From positions 158,286,001 to 158,350,000 of the forward strand of contig OX597817.1 in the NCBI GenBank assembly GCA_951406725.2: 64,000 bases of DNA, read 5' to 3'. The position numbers were made by a program, and so were the translations under genes. Origin of the DNA: Octopus vulgaris. Its lineage: Eukaryota. A model generated the notes under the pieces. It did no database searches. It saw only the letters and a list, made by a program, of their open reading frames with translations, and was not told the DNA's origin. This document shows, piece by piece, positions 50,013 to 63,291 of the stretch; the first letter of the stretch is position 1, and every line of letters begins with the position of its first letter.

Positions 50013-50187
50013 ATAGCTTTAATATAATTTCGTTATTAATTAGGACAATGAAATAACCTATGCACATCTTTTCAATCAATTCCAAGTTTTTTCACTTGTG
50101 ACACCATTGATCTACTTGTCTAAGTCACATCAACATTATGGATTTCCTTTCTACCTCATAATGGAGTATGCCTATCCACATTCTTTT

Positions 50188-50575
50188 TCTTTTTACTTGT
50201 TTCAGTCATTTTGACTGCAGCCATGCTGGAGCACCGCCTTTAATCGAGCAACTCGACCCCGGGACTTATTCTTTGTAAGCCCAGTACTTATTCTATCGGT
50301 CTCTTTTGCCGAACCGCTAAGTGACGGGGACATAAACACACCAGCATCAGTTGTCAAGCAATGCTAGGGGGACAAAAACAGACACACAAACATACACGCA
50401 CATACATATATACGACGGGCTTCTTTCAGTTTCCATCTACCAAATCCACTCACAAGGCTTTGGTTGGCCCGAGGCTATAGTAGAAGACACTTGCCCAAGG
50501 TGCCACGCAGTGGGACTGAACCCGGAACCATGTGGTTGGTTAGCAAGCTACTTACCACACAGCCACTCCTGCGCC
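50188..50575 (-). mobile_element. tRNA-derived SINE family A
   Basis: Full-length reverse copy. Confidence 0.9.
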
Positions 50576-50809
50576 TGAACTATTACTAACTTTTCATAAA
50601 GAAGACTCTTGCTGATCTGCTATTTTTATATAGGTGCAGGTATGGCTCTATAGTAAGAAACTTACTTCCCAACCATATGGTTCCAGGTTCAGTTCCACTG
50701 TGTCACCTTGGGCAAGTGTCTTCTACAATAGCCTTAGGCTGACCAAAGCCATGTGAGTGTATTTGGCAGACGGAAACTGAAAGAAGCCTCTCTCTCTCTC
50801 TGTCTGTGT

Positions 50810-51501
50810 CTGTGTGTGAGTGAGAGTGAGAGTGTGTATGTATGTGAGTGTGCGTATGTATGTGTGCGTGCGTATGTATGTGTGTGTGAGTGTGAGTGTG
50901 CGTGTGTATGTATGTGTGCGTGCGTATGTATGTATGTGTGTGAGTGTGAGTGTGCGTGTGTATGTATGTATGTGTGCGTGTGTATGTATGTATGTGTGCG
51001 TGTGTATGTATGTATGTGTGCGTGTGTATGTATGTATGTGTGCGTGTGTATGTATGTATGTATGTGTGTGTGTGTATGTATGTATGTGTGCGTGTGTATG
51101 TATGTATGTGTGTGTGTGTATGTATGTATGTGTGCGTGTGAGTGTGTATGTATGTGTGCGTGTGAGTGTGTGCGAGTGTGAGTGTATGTGCGTGTGTGTG
51201 TGTGTGCGTGTGTATGTATGTATGTATGTATGTATGTGTGCGTGCGTATGTATGTGTGCGTGCGTGTGTATGTATGTGTGCGTGTTTATGTATGTGTGCG
51301 TGTGTATGTATGTGTGCGTGTGCGAGTGTGTATGTGTGTATGTATGTATACGTGTGTGTGTATGCGTGTGTGTGTGTATGTGTGTGAGTGTGAGTGAGTG
51401 TGTGTGTATGTGTGTGTGTATGTATGTGTGCGTGTGTGTATGTGTGTGTATGTGTGTGTATGTGTGTGTATGTGTGTGTATGTGTGTATGTATGTGTGTG
51501 T

Positions 51502-51546
<45 letters not shown>

Positions 51547-51673
51547 TGTGTGTATGTGTGTGTATGTATGTGTGTGTATGTATGTGTGTGTGTATATGTG
51601 TGTGTATGTATGTGTGTGTATGTATGTGTGTGTATGTATGTGTGTGTGTATGTGTGTGTGTGTATGTGTGTGT

Positions 51674-51750
<77 letters not shown>

Positions 51751-51773
51751 TGTGTGTGTATGTGTGTGTGTGT

Positions 51774-51839
<66 letters not shown>

Positions 51840-51860
51840 GTGTGTGTGTATGTGTGTATG
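50810..51860. repeat. About 1-kb compound (TG)/(TATG) microsatellite
   Basis: Directly visible; expanded inside a family A SINE remnant starting near 50632. Confidence 0.97.
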
Positions 51861-52071
51861 AATTTCTCTTCAATAGGCTATATAAATGTTACAATTGCAG
51901 CATAAATAAGAAAGGTCCCAATGAGAGATCACATCTATCAGTTGTGCAGGTCATGTGACATATGAATTGTGGGGTGAGGATGAGCAGAGCCCCTTCCAGC
52001 AGATCAAACTAACGGGGAAAAAAAATGTTGTAGGATTGATATTTAAAAGAGTTTAACCTTTTAGCTTCAGA

Positions 52072-52601
52072 CTAGCACTATGACCCGGCGTTGCCAGGTC
52101 TAGTGCTAGTCAAGCATATTTGATCTTTCATGAAAATCCCGCTCTCTTGTCATTCACTTAGTCTAACTAGTTAATTATTCCCTGCATTTCCCAAATCAAA
52201 AAAGCGTGCACGTCTGAAAGCCAAAACACAAAAATGCGCTGAGTTATACAGACTGTCTGCAAATGCGCACATGCATTCAAGTGTCAAGGGTAAAATTATC
52301 TCTGTCTAATCAAAAAACAGCTGGCAGTCTATTGGTGTATCTAGCTGTACGCACGCACTGTGTACAAATTTCTGTTTTAGCGATTTTGAATGGATATGCC
52401 CATAACTTATTGGCATAAGGGGTCGGTTTATCGATTTTTTTAATGGCTATCTGGGGTGACTGGGGAAATGAAAATATCTTCACGACCACCCTCAGACAGT
52501 TTTGAAAGCCCATAGAAAATGCGAGCCTTTTACGTGAAAAACTGGATTTGTATAAAGGACACACAGACACACAGACATTTTGCTGTTTATAGATATAGAG
52601 A
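52072..52601 (-). mobile_element. Non-autonomous Helitron nested in a TTAA MITE
   Basis: Minus strand 5' TC.., 3' hairpin (gacctggcaacgccgggtc) plus CTAG, inserted between A and T; removal restores ttcagattactg of the host MITE. Confidence 0.8.
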
Positions 52602-52896
52602 TTACTGTCAAATGTAATGCCTGTTTCTTCACATTGTTAAGAATTAATCATGCATCATCTTGTAGCTTTGAGATTTCAATGACGTTAATGTTTATTTTTA
52701 AAATGACATTGTAAGGCCGGTGTAAGAGGCTGGATCTAGCCAGTTTGAACATAAGAATAGGTAGAATATTTGTGCTGGATTTAACTGGTTTAAATGCTGA
52801 AGTGTTAAGTCAAGACACAAACAAATCTCGCTGCCATATCATTAAAATGCAAAACAATTGAATTAAATAAACAACTTTTGTGGTGATTGCTTTTAC

Positions 52897-53004
52897 CTGA
52901 AGTTTCCTCGCTGCAAGTATCCGAGATTGGTGAATGATGTTCATTCTCTCTTGAGTAGTCATCTCAAAGAAAATGTCATATATATCTAGACGTGCAGCAT
53001 CCAG
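52897..53004 (-). CDS. CCP110: CCP110-like exon (conserved C-terminal domain)
   Basis: tctcag|LDAARLDIYDIFFEMTTQERMNIIHQSRILAARKLQ|GTAAAA; matches CP110 [28 protein letters not shown]. Confidence 0.92.
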
Positions 53005-53407
53005 CTGAGATAGAAAAGAGATCGATTTTGGTATTTGGATTGAATGGAAAATAACAAAACATACATACATCTATATAAAACCAGCTGGAATTCAAACTGT
53101 TACAAACCTTACATCTTCATTTTAATATCAATTTTCCCATGCTTGCATGGGTCAACGTGATTCAGTGAAGCAGATTTTCTACTACTGGATGATGTTTATT
53201 TAAAGTGGCACTGGCATGGGTTTGACAATTTGACAGGAGTTGACCAGCTGGAGCCTGAGCAGCTCCTGTCAAACTATCATTCCATGCCAGCATGGAAAAT
53301 GGATGTTAAATGATGATGATTTTGTGCTTGAGATATGTTCCAAACTGAATGTCACAGTGAATGAAATAACTATTTTATCCTCTCCCTCATCCAGTTTTTA
53401 TTCTATT

Positions 53408-53714
53408 GGTACTACTAGCAAACAGTGGTCCTGGTGCACGCATTCGCACTAGCTAGCTGCAAGTAGTCGATCCTACGACTTTATAACCCTAACCATAATT
53501 TTTTAACCCTAACCTTTGTTTGTTTATAAAAATAATTTATTTACTTAGTTTAAAAAATTATTTACTTTGCTCAAAAAATATTATTTAATTATCTTTGATA
53601 TGTATTCAGCCTTGAAATACAAACATACGCACAAGTCGTAAGATCGACTACTTATGACTAGCTAGCGTGGATGCACGAGTGCACGCACCAGGACCACTGT
53701 TCACTAGTAGTACC
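53408..53714. mobile_element. MITE with long TIRs and 9-bp TSD (Merlin/Mutator-like)
   Basis: GGTACTACTAG..ACAGTGGTCCTGGTGC / GCACCAGGACCACTGT..CTAGTAGTACC; TSD tattctatt/tattctatc. Confidence 0.82.
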
Positions 53715-53874
53715 TATTCTATCTGTATCCCTTAGTCTATATTGTACACAGGTGATATTTCCTTGGTACCTGTACACATTCCTCATCTTTTTGTCAACTA
53801 CCAGAGTAACTTGGCACTTATGAAAGAGTTAATTCAGTTTTACATAATTTTTCTTTCACAATTTTACATAATTT

Positions 53875-54140
53875 CTAATCCACAATTCAACTCTTTTCCT
53901 TAATCCAGTTTTACCTTATCCTTAATCTACAATTTTACCTCATTCCCTTAATCCAGTTTTACCTTATTCTTAATCTACAATTTTACCCCATTCCCTTAAT
54001 CCAGTTTTACCTTATTCTTAATCTATAATTTTATCTCATTCCCTTAATCCAGTTTTACCTTATTCTTAATCTACAATTTTACCCCATTCCCTTAATCTAG
54101 TTTTACCTTATTCTTAATCTACAATTTTACCTCATTCCCT
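53875..54140. repeat. 48-bp minisatellite (about 5 copies)
   Basis: ccttaatccagttttaccttattcttaatctacaattttaccccattc recurring with a 48-bp period from 53898 to about 54090. Confidence 0.92.
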
Positions 54141-54564
54141 ATTTCCATCTAAGTAATATGACTGTTCTTGGTGTTTAGTTGCAAGTCAGCTTGATCAAGC
54201 AGACTCATGATCAAAGCTTTCTCAGCCATGACTATCCCCCATCTTTTCATGTGCCTTGGATATACTGTCCGATATAGCTTCGATGGTGTGATTAGAGGGA
54301 GTTTTGACAGCTATTTCAAGCAGATTGAACAACCATATTATACCGTCTCCTTGCCTTGGAGTCATAGACAAGGACAAAAAAGGTAGTAGTTTTAGGAGAA
54401 GGGAGAGGACAGAGTCAAAGAAAACAAACAATGGCAGGAGGGGGAAAACAAACTAGAGGCAGTAGTTGTGAAAGGGGAGGAGGAGGAGGAAGAAGAGGCG
54501 GAGCAGAAGAAGCAAAAATAGTAGTAAAAAGAGATGAGAAGTAAAAAAGAAAGAATGAACTTAC

Positions 54565-54636
54565 TTGGTTATTTAATCTTGTTATCAAGTTCAAATTGGA
54601 AGAGCCGTGGGTTTCACTGAGTAGCTTTAAACATTC
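54565..54636 (-). CDS. CCP110: CCP110-like exon
   Basis: tgtttag|ECLKLLSETHGSSNLNLITRLNNQ|GTAAGT; 72 nt, phase 0-0; positionally equivalent to CP110 ..LQERVLAQ. Confidence 0.8.
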
Positions 54637-54731
54637 CTAAACAAAGACAGAATCAATAATGATGCGACATCTGTTTGTGTTAAAAACACTCAACACAACA
54701 CAATGTTTGTGTGTGTGTGTGCGTGCGTATA

Positions 54732-55104
54732 TCTTTATATATAAAAGAGAAGTGTGTCTGTCTCCTACAATTTAGATTCCTAACTACTCCCACATTTTGC
54801 GGTGCAGTTTAACCAAAACCGGGTATCTTATAGTTGTGATTCATATCGAGCCCTTCATGAGTCTACGATTAAAAAAAAAAAATTACCATCATTTTTTTCC
54901 ATTTTAATGCATTTTTTCGCTATTATATAAGGGAAGTAACTCTCTAAAAATGTCTACGATAAGTCAACGATTTAAAAAAAAATTTACCATCATTTTTTTC
55001 TATTTTTAATGCATTTTTTTGCTATCTTTTGGCTATAACTCTCTAAAAATGCTTATATAGTTATTTCCCTTACAAACCCGAGCAACACCGGGCAATACTG
55101 CTAA
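54732..55104 (+). mobile_element. Non-autonomous Helitron-like element
   Basis: A|TCTTTATATATAAAAG.., 3' hairpin cccg..cggg and CTAA(G)|T end. Confidence 0.7.
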
Positions 55105-56064
55105 TATATATATATATATATTTATTCACATACACACATACATATACTACTGTACTGTTTATATGTCTGAGTGTTTATACAAGGTTTGGTGGTGTTGCAA
55201 GCACTGAATAATCAACCGAGAGGTGAGATCAGCATTACATTGTACCTGTAACCAAAGCAACTAATTCTCAAATAGACCAATCCACCTTCACCACCACCAC
55301 CACCATCATCATGTAATGTCTGTATTCCATACTGGCATGGGTTGGATGGTTTGACAGGATCTGGCAAGCTGCAGGGCTGTGCTGAGCTCCAGTGTCAGCT
55401 TTGGCATGGTTTCACAAGTTGGATGTCGTTAATGCCAACAACTTTACCATATACTCTTTCATGCCACTAGCATTAGTGAGGTTGCCATTGCCAAGTAATT
55501 TACAAGACAGGAAAAGAAAAAAAAGCCACCCCACTCAACTAGGTGGAGAGGAGTATTTGAGAGAGGGACGTAGTTTTATCCCAGATATTGAGAGACTAAA
55601 GTATGATAGAAGGACAAATACAAGTGTCTTGCTAAAGAGGAGATACAAGGCTATCCAACATAATATAAGTGTCATTGGGGATAACTGGGAAGAGGGTAAA
55701 GCTGGTAGCAATGGGGGTGCCAGAGCAAATGCTCAAGGTGTGTACAACAGAACTGTGAACAGAAGTAGCAGTGTAAAGTTGATATGTGGTTTGTTAGTAT
55801 GTGGTGTTGAGTACAACTCGCATCATGGATGCAACAACAAAAACAGAAGCTGGATTCATCATCATTATATTTAGCATCTGTTTTACATGCTGGCATGGGT
55901 TAGACGGTTTGACTGGAATTGTTAAGCAGGAGACCTGCACCAGGCTCCAATCTGTTTTAGCTTGGTTTCTATGGCTGGATACCCTTCCTAACACCAACCA
56001 TTCCATAGGGTGTAGTGAGCATCTTTTACATGTCATCAGCATGGGTGCCTCACATGTATCACTG

Positions 56065-56600
56065 ACACGGGTGCCCCACGTGTGTTACCGGAACGGGTGC
56101 CTCATGCCCGTTACTGGCACGGGTGCCTCATGCCCGTTACCGGCACGGGCGCCTCATGCCCGTTACCGGCACGGGCGCCTCATGCCCGTTACCGGCACGG
56201 GCGCCTCATGCCCGTTACCGGCACGGGCGCCTCATGCCCGTTACCGGCACGGGTGCCTCATGCCCGTTACTGGCACGGGTGCCTCATGCCCGTTACTGGC
56301 ACGGGTGCCTCATGCCCGTTACTGGCACGGGTGCCTCATGCCCGTTACCGGCACGGGTGCCTCATGCCCGTTACCGGCACGGGTGCCTCATGCCCGTTAC
56401 CGGCACGGGTGCCTCATGCCCGTTACCGGCACAGGTGCCTCATGCCCGTTACCGGCACAGGTGCCTCATGTCCGTTACCGGCACAGGTGCCTCATGCCCG
56501 TTACTGGCACAGGTGCCTCATGCCCGTTACTGGCACAGGTGCCTCATGCCCGTTACTGGCACAGGTACCTCATACCTGTTACTGGCACAGGTACCTCATG
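56065..56600. repeat. 26-bp GC-rich minisatellite (about 20 copies)
   Basis: Unit cacgggtgcctcatgcccgttaccgg, inside a family C repeat. Confidence 0.95.
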
Positions 56601-56924
56601 CCTATCACCAATATGATTACCTTGTGTATATTACCAGCACAGGTGTCTTTCACATGTCACTGGCACTGGACATGTCTACGATTTCACTGAGCTTGACATG
56701 TCTATTCAAGCACAGCAAATTGCCAAAAGTCTCCATCACTTGTCAAGTCTCAAAAGTTTTATTCATTGATGATCGGATACTGCTGATCCATCATTCATTG
56801 ATGGATACCACTGATCATGAAATGTTCATCTCACAATGCAATGACTAACAGCTCACACAGAGTAACATATTGTAGTTAGATGTAGGAGGAATACTTTGGT
56901 GAAGTAAGTCAAAATTTCACTCAC

Positions 56925-57029
56925 ATCTATAGTTTTCCTCAAAGCTTCCACTTTAGGACAGGACAAAAGCTTTCTTGTGAGAAAGCCCTTTATAGCAGCA
57001 CAGATTACACTGGCAGGATCTTGGTCAGT
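56925..57029 (-). CDS. CCP110: CCP110-like exon (IQ-like calmodulin-binding motif)
   Basis: atgtag|TDQDPASVICAAIKGFLTRKLLSCPKVEALRKTID|GTGAGT; matches CP110 AVAKGFLTRRLM..KLKQLRQTVKD. Confidence 0.9.
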
Positions 57030-57529
57030 CTACATAAAAAAAGGTTAAAAAATAATGATATTAATAGTAATTTCTTACATAGGCACATGACTCATATTTA
57101 TTTTAGTGACTCCAGAGCGACGAAAATATACTTTACCAATGCATCATTCTTTTGATAATAGTAATAGTTTGGCGCATAGACAGCAAATTGTTAGGAGAGG
57201 AGAGTTGATTACATTGGTCCCAGACTCAACTGTTACCTATTTTACTGGCCCTGAAAGGATGAAAGGCAAAGTGAACCTTGGCAGAATTTGAATGAGAAGA
57301 GATGCTGCCAAGTATGTTGTCCAATGTATTAATGATTCTACCACCACCACAATAATAATGTTGATTTCTCACATTAGCACAAGCCCTGGAATTCATAGGA
57401 AAAAGGGTATACTCACAATCAGGGTGATTCCCAATACTGTACAGGTACTTTATCAACCCTAGGAAGGTGAAAGCCAAAGTTAGCCCTTTGATTCGAAACC
57501 AGAACATAAAGTTATGAGTTTATTTTAGT

Positions 57530-57975
57530 AATTAGCTGGAGGAAGTTGGTCAGAAACCCTGGTACCTGTAGGGTCTTGTAAGATGATATAATTGACGTTC
57601 AGTTGAACATCTGTTTGTCAGTGTCTGCAGAAAAATGTGAACTGGAAAGGAATCCCAAAAGGTTGCAGTTCTTAGGTGAAACAGTTGAGTGACATGTTTG
57701 GTGAAGGGTCAGAGGAAGAGTAGAAGGAGTAGAAAAAGAGGCTTCATGTACGAGGTGAGATGTGACACATCTGTGATTGTAGTTTAATTGTGAGTATTTA
57801 CCAATCTGCTTGATGGTTTTCTTTTGGATATAGGCAAGAAGGTTTGGGTCCTAAGCAATAGTACCATCTGAAATATATGGGCAATATTCCATTGTGGATT
57901 TTACTTGAACTTTGTAGAGGGAAAGAAACTGATTGGGGCTAAAGTATTTTCTAGATGTAAAGAACAGCTTAATCT
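57530..57975 (-). mobile_element. Decayed Jockey/CR1-group LINE fragment (post-RT region)
   Basis: Minus strand RKYFSPNQFLSLYKVQVKSTMEYCPYI..LLAYIQKKTIKQIG resembles the LYKAQVRPxMEYC..IQKRAIRLIG motif. Confidence 0.65.
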
Positions 57976-58617
57976 TTGGTATGTAGATTTAATGTTCTAT
58001 ATGTGAGGTGGTCGTGAGTACTCTAGTAACTCTGCCAACGTTTACTCTAGAGATGATAATAATCATGGTCATTGATACCATTCAACATGTTTTTCATGCT
58101 GACATGGGTTGGACAGCTTAAGAGGCATGTTACTCTATAAACAACCTTAACTATGGAATGAAGTGAAAAATATAATCAAAATCCTTAGCACAATGAAACA
58201 AGATCAAAATATAAATAAGAGGTGATATGTGACACATTTGTAATTGAAGTTTAATTATGAGTCTTTACCAATTTGCTTGATGGTCTTCCCTTGGATATGC
58301 TTGGGCCCTAAGCTGCCATACCATCTGAAATATCTGAGCAGTATTCCACTGTGGGTTTTACTCGAACTTTGTAGCACCAAAGAAATTGATCAGGACTAAA
58401 GTATTTTCTAGACATAACGAAAAATCTTTGGTATGCAGATTTAACAATATTCTATGTCATGTGGTCAAGAATAACCTATTAACTCTGGTGATGATAATCA
58501 TCATCATTTAACATCTGTTTACCATGATGGCATGGGTTGGACAATTTGACAGGAGTGTTACTATACAAACAACCTTAACTGTGGAATGGATTGGAAGATA
58601 TGATCAAAATCTTCGCA
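57752..58617. repeat. Diverged tandem duplication, about 400-460-bp units
   Basis: 57752-58190 and 58218-58617 share gaggtga.atgtgacacat.., taaagtattttctaga, aacaaccttaact..ggaatg. Confidence 0.8.
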
Positions 58618-59194
58618 TCAAAACAGAAACATGAAAATTTGTAAAATGTGGAATTTCTACAAGTTCCACAAGTTTACATCAAAATTTTAACTGTCAATTT
58701 GTAATACCATATTTGATGGCATGAAAGATGCACAGGGAATTAGATGCACTCCAATTTCAGCAGTGCACCATCATAATTTAACATCCATTTTCCATCTGAT
58801 ATGGGTTGGACAGTCTGATAGCAGCCTGCAAGCCATTGAGCTGCCCAAGCTTCAAATGACTGTTTTGGCATAGTTTCTATAGCTGGATGCCCTTCCTAAT
58901 GCCAACCACTTTACAGAATATACTGGGTGCTTTTTATGTGACACTGGAATGGATGCTTTACACATGGCATGGGTGCTTTATATGTAAGACCAAAATGGGT
59001 GCTTTTTTATGTGGCACCAGCACATGTGAGCTTGCAAGACAAAGATCTCTTCCTAAAAGAGGTGCATTAAAGCTTATGGGAAGCCCTACTTTGCATATAC
59101 AGGACCTGGGTTGATTTTTTGTGACATTTTTGAGGCAAAATGGTAAGGACAAATTTCTGAAAAATTAATCAATAAAATCTGCGAGAATTATTGT

Positions 59195-59477
59195 TGTTGT
59201 TTGTTCCTGGCCCATAAGGGCCGGTTTCCTGGTTTCATTGATATATAGGTTCCCCACCTGGATGGGATGCCGATCCGACACAGGTGAGATGCAAGAGGAA
59301 AGAGTGAGAGAAAGTTGTGGCGAAAGAGTCAACAGAAGTTTGCCATTACCTTCTGCTGGAACCGCCTGGAGCTTATGTGTTTCGCTCATAAACACACACA
59401 TCGCCAGGCCTGAGATTCGAACCTATGATTCCTTGGCCATGAGTCTGCTGTTCTAACCACAAGGCCATGTGCCTCCA
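59195..59477 (-). mobile_element. SINE related to family B
   Basis: Similar tRNA-like head and ccacaactttctctcactct core; different tail. Confidence 0.7.
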
Positions 59478-59516
59478 CACATAAAATTATTGATTGATTA
59501 AAATTAAAAGACATAC

Positions 59517-59866
59517 CTGAACAAGTTTATATGATTTTCGTTGTGAAGTGGAAGATTCCGGAGTGCGTTGGTGATTCAACAATGCTTGCTCCCCAGTTTG
59601 ATTGGCAGGTATGTCTGTTTTAGGAATGAAAATACTCGTGTCAGGTGTGAGTTCTTTTGGCCAACGTCGAGATTTCTTCATGCTGTCAAGAGTTCTCTGG
59701 TACTCCTCTTCAAATTGTTCTTCATATTCTCTAAACTGTTGCTGCATTTTCATAAATGATTGTCTTTTATCACTGAAAAATGACCTCAACTCATCTTCAA
59801 ACACGTCTTCCCAGTCAAACAGCTCACTGCTTGCAAGAACAGCAGACTGGCCTGGCGAGTTAGAAG
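59517..59866 (-). CDS. CCP110: CCP110-like exon (coiled coil)
   Basis: tttcag|(A)SNSPGQ..FMKMQQQFREYEEQFEEEYQR..YKLVQ|GTATGT; 350 nt, phase 1-0. Confidence 0.85.
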
Positions 59867-61180
59867 CTGAAACGATACAAGTTTAATAATTTTTTTTTTT
59901 GCTTGATATAACATTTCTCAAAACACATTTTATAGAAATTAAAAAAAAAAAATCTTTCTGAAATAATTCAGTAGCTTGCTTACAAACCACATGGTTCTGG
60001 GTTCAATCCCACTGTGTGGCACCTTGGGCAAATGTCATCTACTATAGCCTCGGGCCGACCAAAGCCTTGTGAGTGGATTTGGTAGACGAAAACTGAAAGA
60101 AGCCCGTCATATATCTTCATCATCATCGTTTAACGTCCGTATTCCGCACTAGCACAGGTTGGACGGTTCGACTGGGGTCTGGGATGCCAGGGGGCTGCTT
60201 CAGGCTCCAGTCTGATCTGGCAGAGTTTCTATGGCTGGATGCCCTTCCTAACGCCAACCACTCCGCGAGTGTAGTGGGTGCTTTTTACATGCCACCTGCA
60301 CAGGTGCCAGGATGGGGGGTCCGGCATCGTCCACAATCGGTTGGAGCTTTTAACGTGCCAGCTAAGGCGGTGCTGGCAACGTTCGGATGGTGTTTTTTAT
60401 GTGCCACCGGCACAGAAGCCAGTTGGGGCATGAATATATATGTGTATGTGTGTTTGTCCCCCCAACATCGCTTGACAACCGATGCTAGTGTGTCTATGTT
60501 CCCGTAACTTAGCAGTTTGGCAAAAGAGACCGATAAAATAAGTACTAGGTTTACAAAGAATAAGTCCTGGGGTCGATTTGCTCAACTAAAGGCAGTGCGC
60601 CAGTATAGCCATAGTCACATGACTGAAACAAGTAAAAGAGTAAAAAGAGTATAGCTTCACAAAAGAGTGAGGGAGAGTGGGGTATGCTGTTGGATTGTTT
60701 ACTGTGCCTCTCCATAGAAATAATATTTGAAACTCAACACAACAACAGAGCCTCTATGCAGCTGATTGAACTGCTAGCAATAGCAGCTAAATCTAACTCA
60801 AATTACACCCAACTATCTCAAAAAAAAAAAAAAAAAAAAAAAAGGAAAGCACACTGGATTTGTAGGCCTAGATTGACTACATCTGAAAAATGAAGATATA
60901 AAACAGGATTATCACAACTGTAATGCCTTTGAATCTCAAGGCAGCTCTTAATCAGGACTGATCTGCATGCATATAATATTGATGCATGAAAATTGATAGA
61001 ATAAATTAAAGTCAGATCATGAAAGATCTATACAATAGCACAGCAAATACTAAATGTTTAAAAAGAATTTAAATTATAAAACTGTTTTTATATTTGATTT
61101 GTAAAATTCTTGATGTGAACCCATGTGATGAAACATTTTGTTGTATCTTGGGAGGGTCATTACATCAATAATATACTCAA

Positions 61181-61354
61181 ACTGGTTCTGTTTCACTTCT
61201 TTATTTTTATTAGACAAGTTAACGACTTAACAAGTTAACTAATTGATTATTTAGTTAATCATGTGATAAGATTGACTGACTGACCAAATAATCAAACAAT
61301 TGATTGGTTAATTGGTTAAATGGTTGACAAATAAAGAAGTGAAATAGAACCAGT
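61181..61354. repeat. Hairpin/MITE remnant
   Basis: actggttctgtttcacttctttattt / aaataaagaagtgaaatagaaccagt. Confidence 0.7.
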
Positions 61355-62408
61355 GTATGTGTTTAATACTGGTGTATACAACAAAATTATATAATGTAAA
61401 GGATTATTATTATTAGTAGTAGTACTACCATATCACCAAAGACTGAATTTTAGGACATATCTATGCCTTACAAGCTATTAATCATTTTATAGGTTTTATT
61501 TAATTACAGATAGAGTTTGTAAGGTAAAAACAAAACTCTTTCAGCCAGGATACGAAAAATGCATTACAAATGACAGGCACCATCTGTACATGGCCGATGC
61601 CAGCGCTGCCTTGACTGGCTTCCGTGCCGGTGGCACGTAAAAAGCACCAACCGATCGTGGCTGTTGCCAGCCTCCCCTGGCACCTGTGCCGGTGGCATGT
61701 AAAAAGCACCCACTACACTCACAGAGTGGTTGGCATCAGGAAGGGCATCCAGCCATAGAAACACTGCCAGATCAGACTGGAGCATGGTGCAGCCTCCTGG
61801 CTTCCCAGACTCCAGTCAAACCGTCCAACCCATGCTAGCATGGAAAACGGACGTTAAACGATGATGATGATGATGATGTGTGCTTCTTAGTGTTTTTGCT
61901 CATCCTCTACCTCCATTTGACAACTGGTGTTGGTGTGTTTAGATCCCTGTAACTTTTGTGGTTTGGCAAAAAGAGACTAATAGAATAAGTACCAGGCTAA
62001 AATTCTTCAAGGCAGTGCCGTAGCATGGCCACAGCCTAAGACTAAAACCAGTAAAAGATAGAAGATAAGGATGTAACTGCCTGGTTTTTAACACTCTGCC
62101 TGTCCTGTGTATCACATGTGATGTGCAGGATGTATCTGCCTGATGTCCATGCACCATATATGATATATACTTCCAATATTTTTGACCACCAGAGTAACTT
62201 GAGACTTATGAAAGGAAAGCTTAATATTACTCAGGATCTATGAAACAAGAGCTAACTAAAAAAGTCTGAAAGCAAGCATTAAATGAGTAGAACAAACTTA
62301 TGAAAAAGCTTTGCACAGGCAAAGGCTTAACTTAGAAGCAAAACATTGAAATTAAGGAGATCTGCAATTGTAAAAAAAAATTCTTTAAAAACTTAAAGTG
62401 AATGTTAC

Positions 62409-63141
62409 CGTTGAAAGCTGAAGTTTCCAAACCATTTTGTGTATGATATAATGTAGAAGTATTCATGTTGCATTTATCTTCTTTTTTCTTGATTGGAGAT
62501 TTTTTTCTTGAAGTATTTAATGGGCTGTAATCACTTTGGCATGAAGCTGCTGATAATGGAATATTTTCCAAAATTGAGTTTCTGGGTATTTTCTCTTTTG
62601 TAACAGGGGTAGAATGTTTGCTGGAATTACTACTTGTGATTTCAACCTCATTTACGCTTGCAGATTGCTGTTCTGATTTAAAGCTGTCTATTTCAAAACT
62701 GATAAGTGATGGGCTGACATTTTCAGAATTTTTTTTCAGCAGTTGAGATTGAAAAGCTTCATAAGAAGGGATTTTGTCAGAATCTGAACAACTGCTGTTA
62801 TTGTCGGCATCCTTATCTTCATGGGAATTGTGGATTGAACTGTTAAGGTATTTTCTTAAATCAACTGATGGCTCTCCCAGGGTATATGAGCCCCGGCGAA
62901 TTATTGAATTATTACAATACTTTGGAATTAGGCTTGGACTAGTTTTGGTCATTTCCTTTTCTGCTGGATTTAAATAATTAGCTGTGGAATCTAAATAAGA
63001 GATCTCTGCAAGACTGCATACCTCTGATGGATTAGGGACATCAGCCATGGCTGTAGTAGCAGTGGAAACTGGCAAGTTGTGAGAAGAATGAGTTGTTACC
63101 GTAGTGAAGTTAGTTGGAATTGATTTGGTGGGGAGAATGGT
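62409..63141 (-). CDS. CCP110: CCP110/CP110-like centriolar protein, large Ser/Thr-rich internal exon
   Basis: cttttccag|TILPTKS..RRGSYTLGEPS..LETSAFN+G|GTAACA; 733 nt open; phase fits the next exon. Upstream exons lie outside the window. Confidence 0.8.
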
Positions 63142-63291
63142 CTGGAAAAGAATAATTTAGAGATGAATGTATGAATATTATTACACCTTAACAAAAGAGA
63201 ACTCTTACTAGAGAGTGATTAAAATAAAAAATATACAATAGATTTTTCACATGAATATTGTGATATTAATATAATGAATGATATTAATATC

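Noticed and set aside
50753-51958. Cys/Val-rich and His/Thr-rich ORFs up to 361 aa
   Set aside because: Translations of a TG/TATG microsatellite; the same applies to 44501-44888.
55801-56848. Long ORFs of 200-270 aa in three frames
   Set aside because: Produced by a stop-free 26-bp minisatellite in an intron antisense to CCP110.
57802-57867. 66-nt phase 0-0 cassette exon candidate for CCP110, with a duplicate at 58269-58324
   Set aside because: It lies in a decayed LINE fragment, the duplicate is not frame-neutral, and the flanking exons already join in frame.
8784-63141. Functional cilia gene cluster (ARF4 plus CP110)
   Set aside because: Two neighbouring genes with loose ciliary links are not evidence of co-regulation without synteny data.
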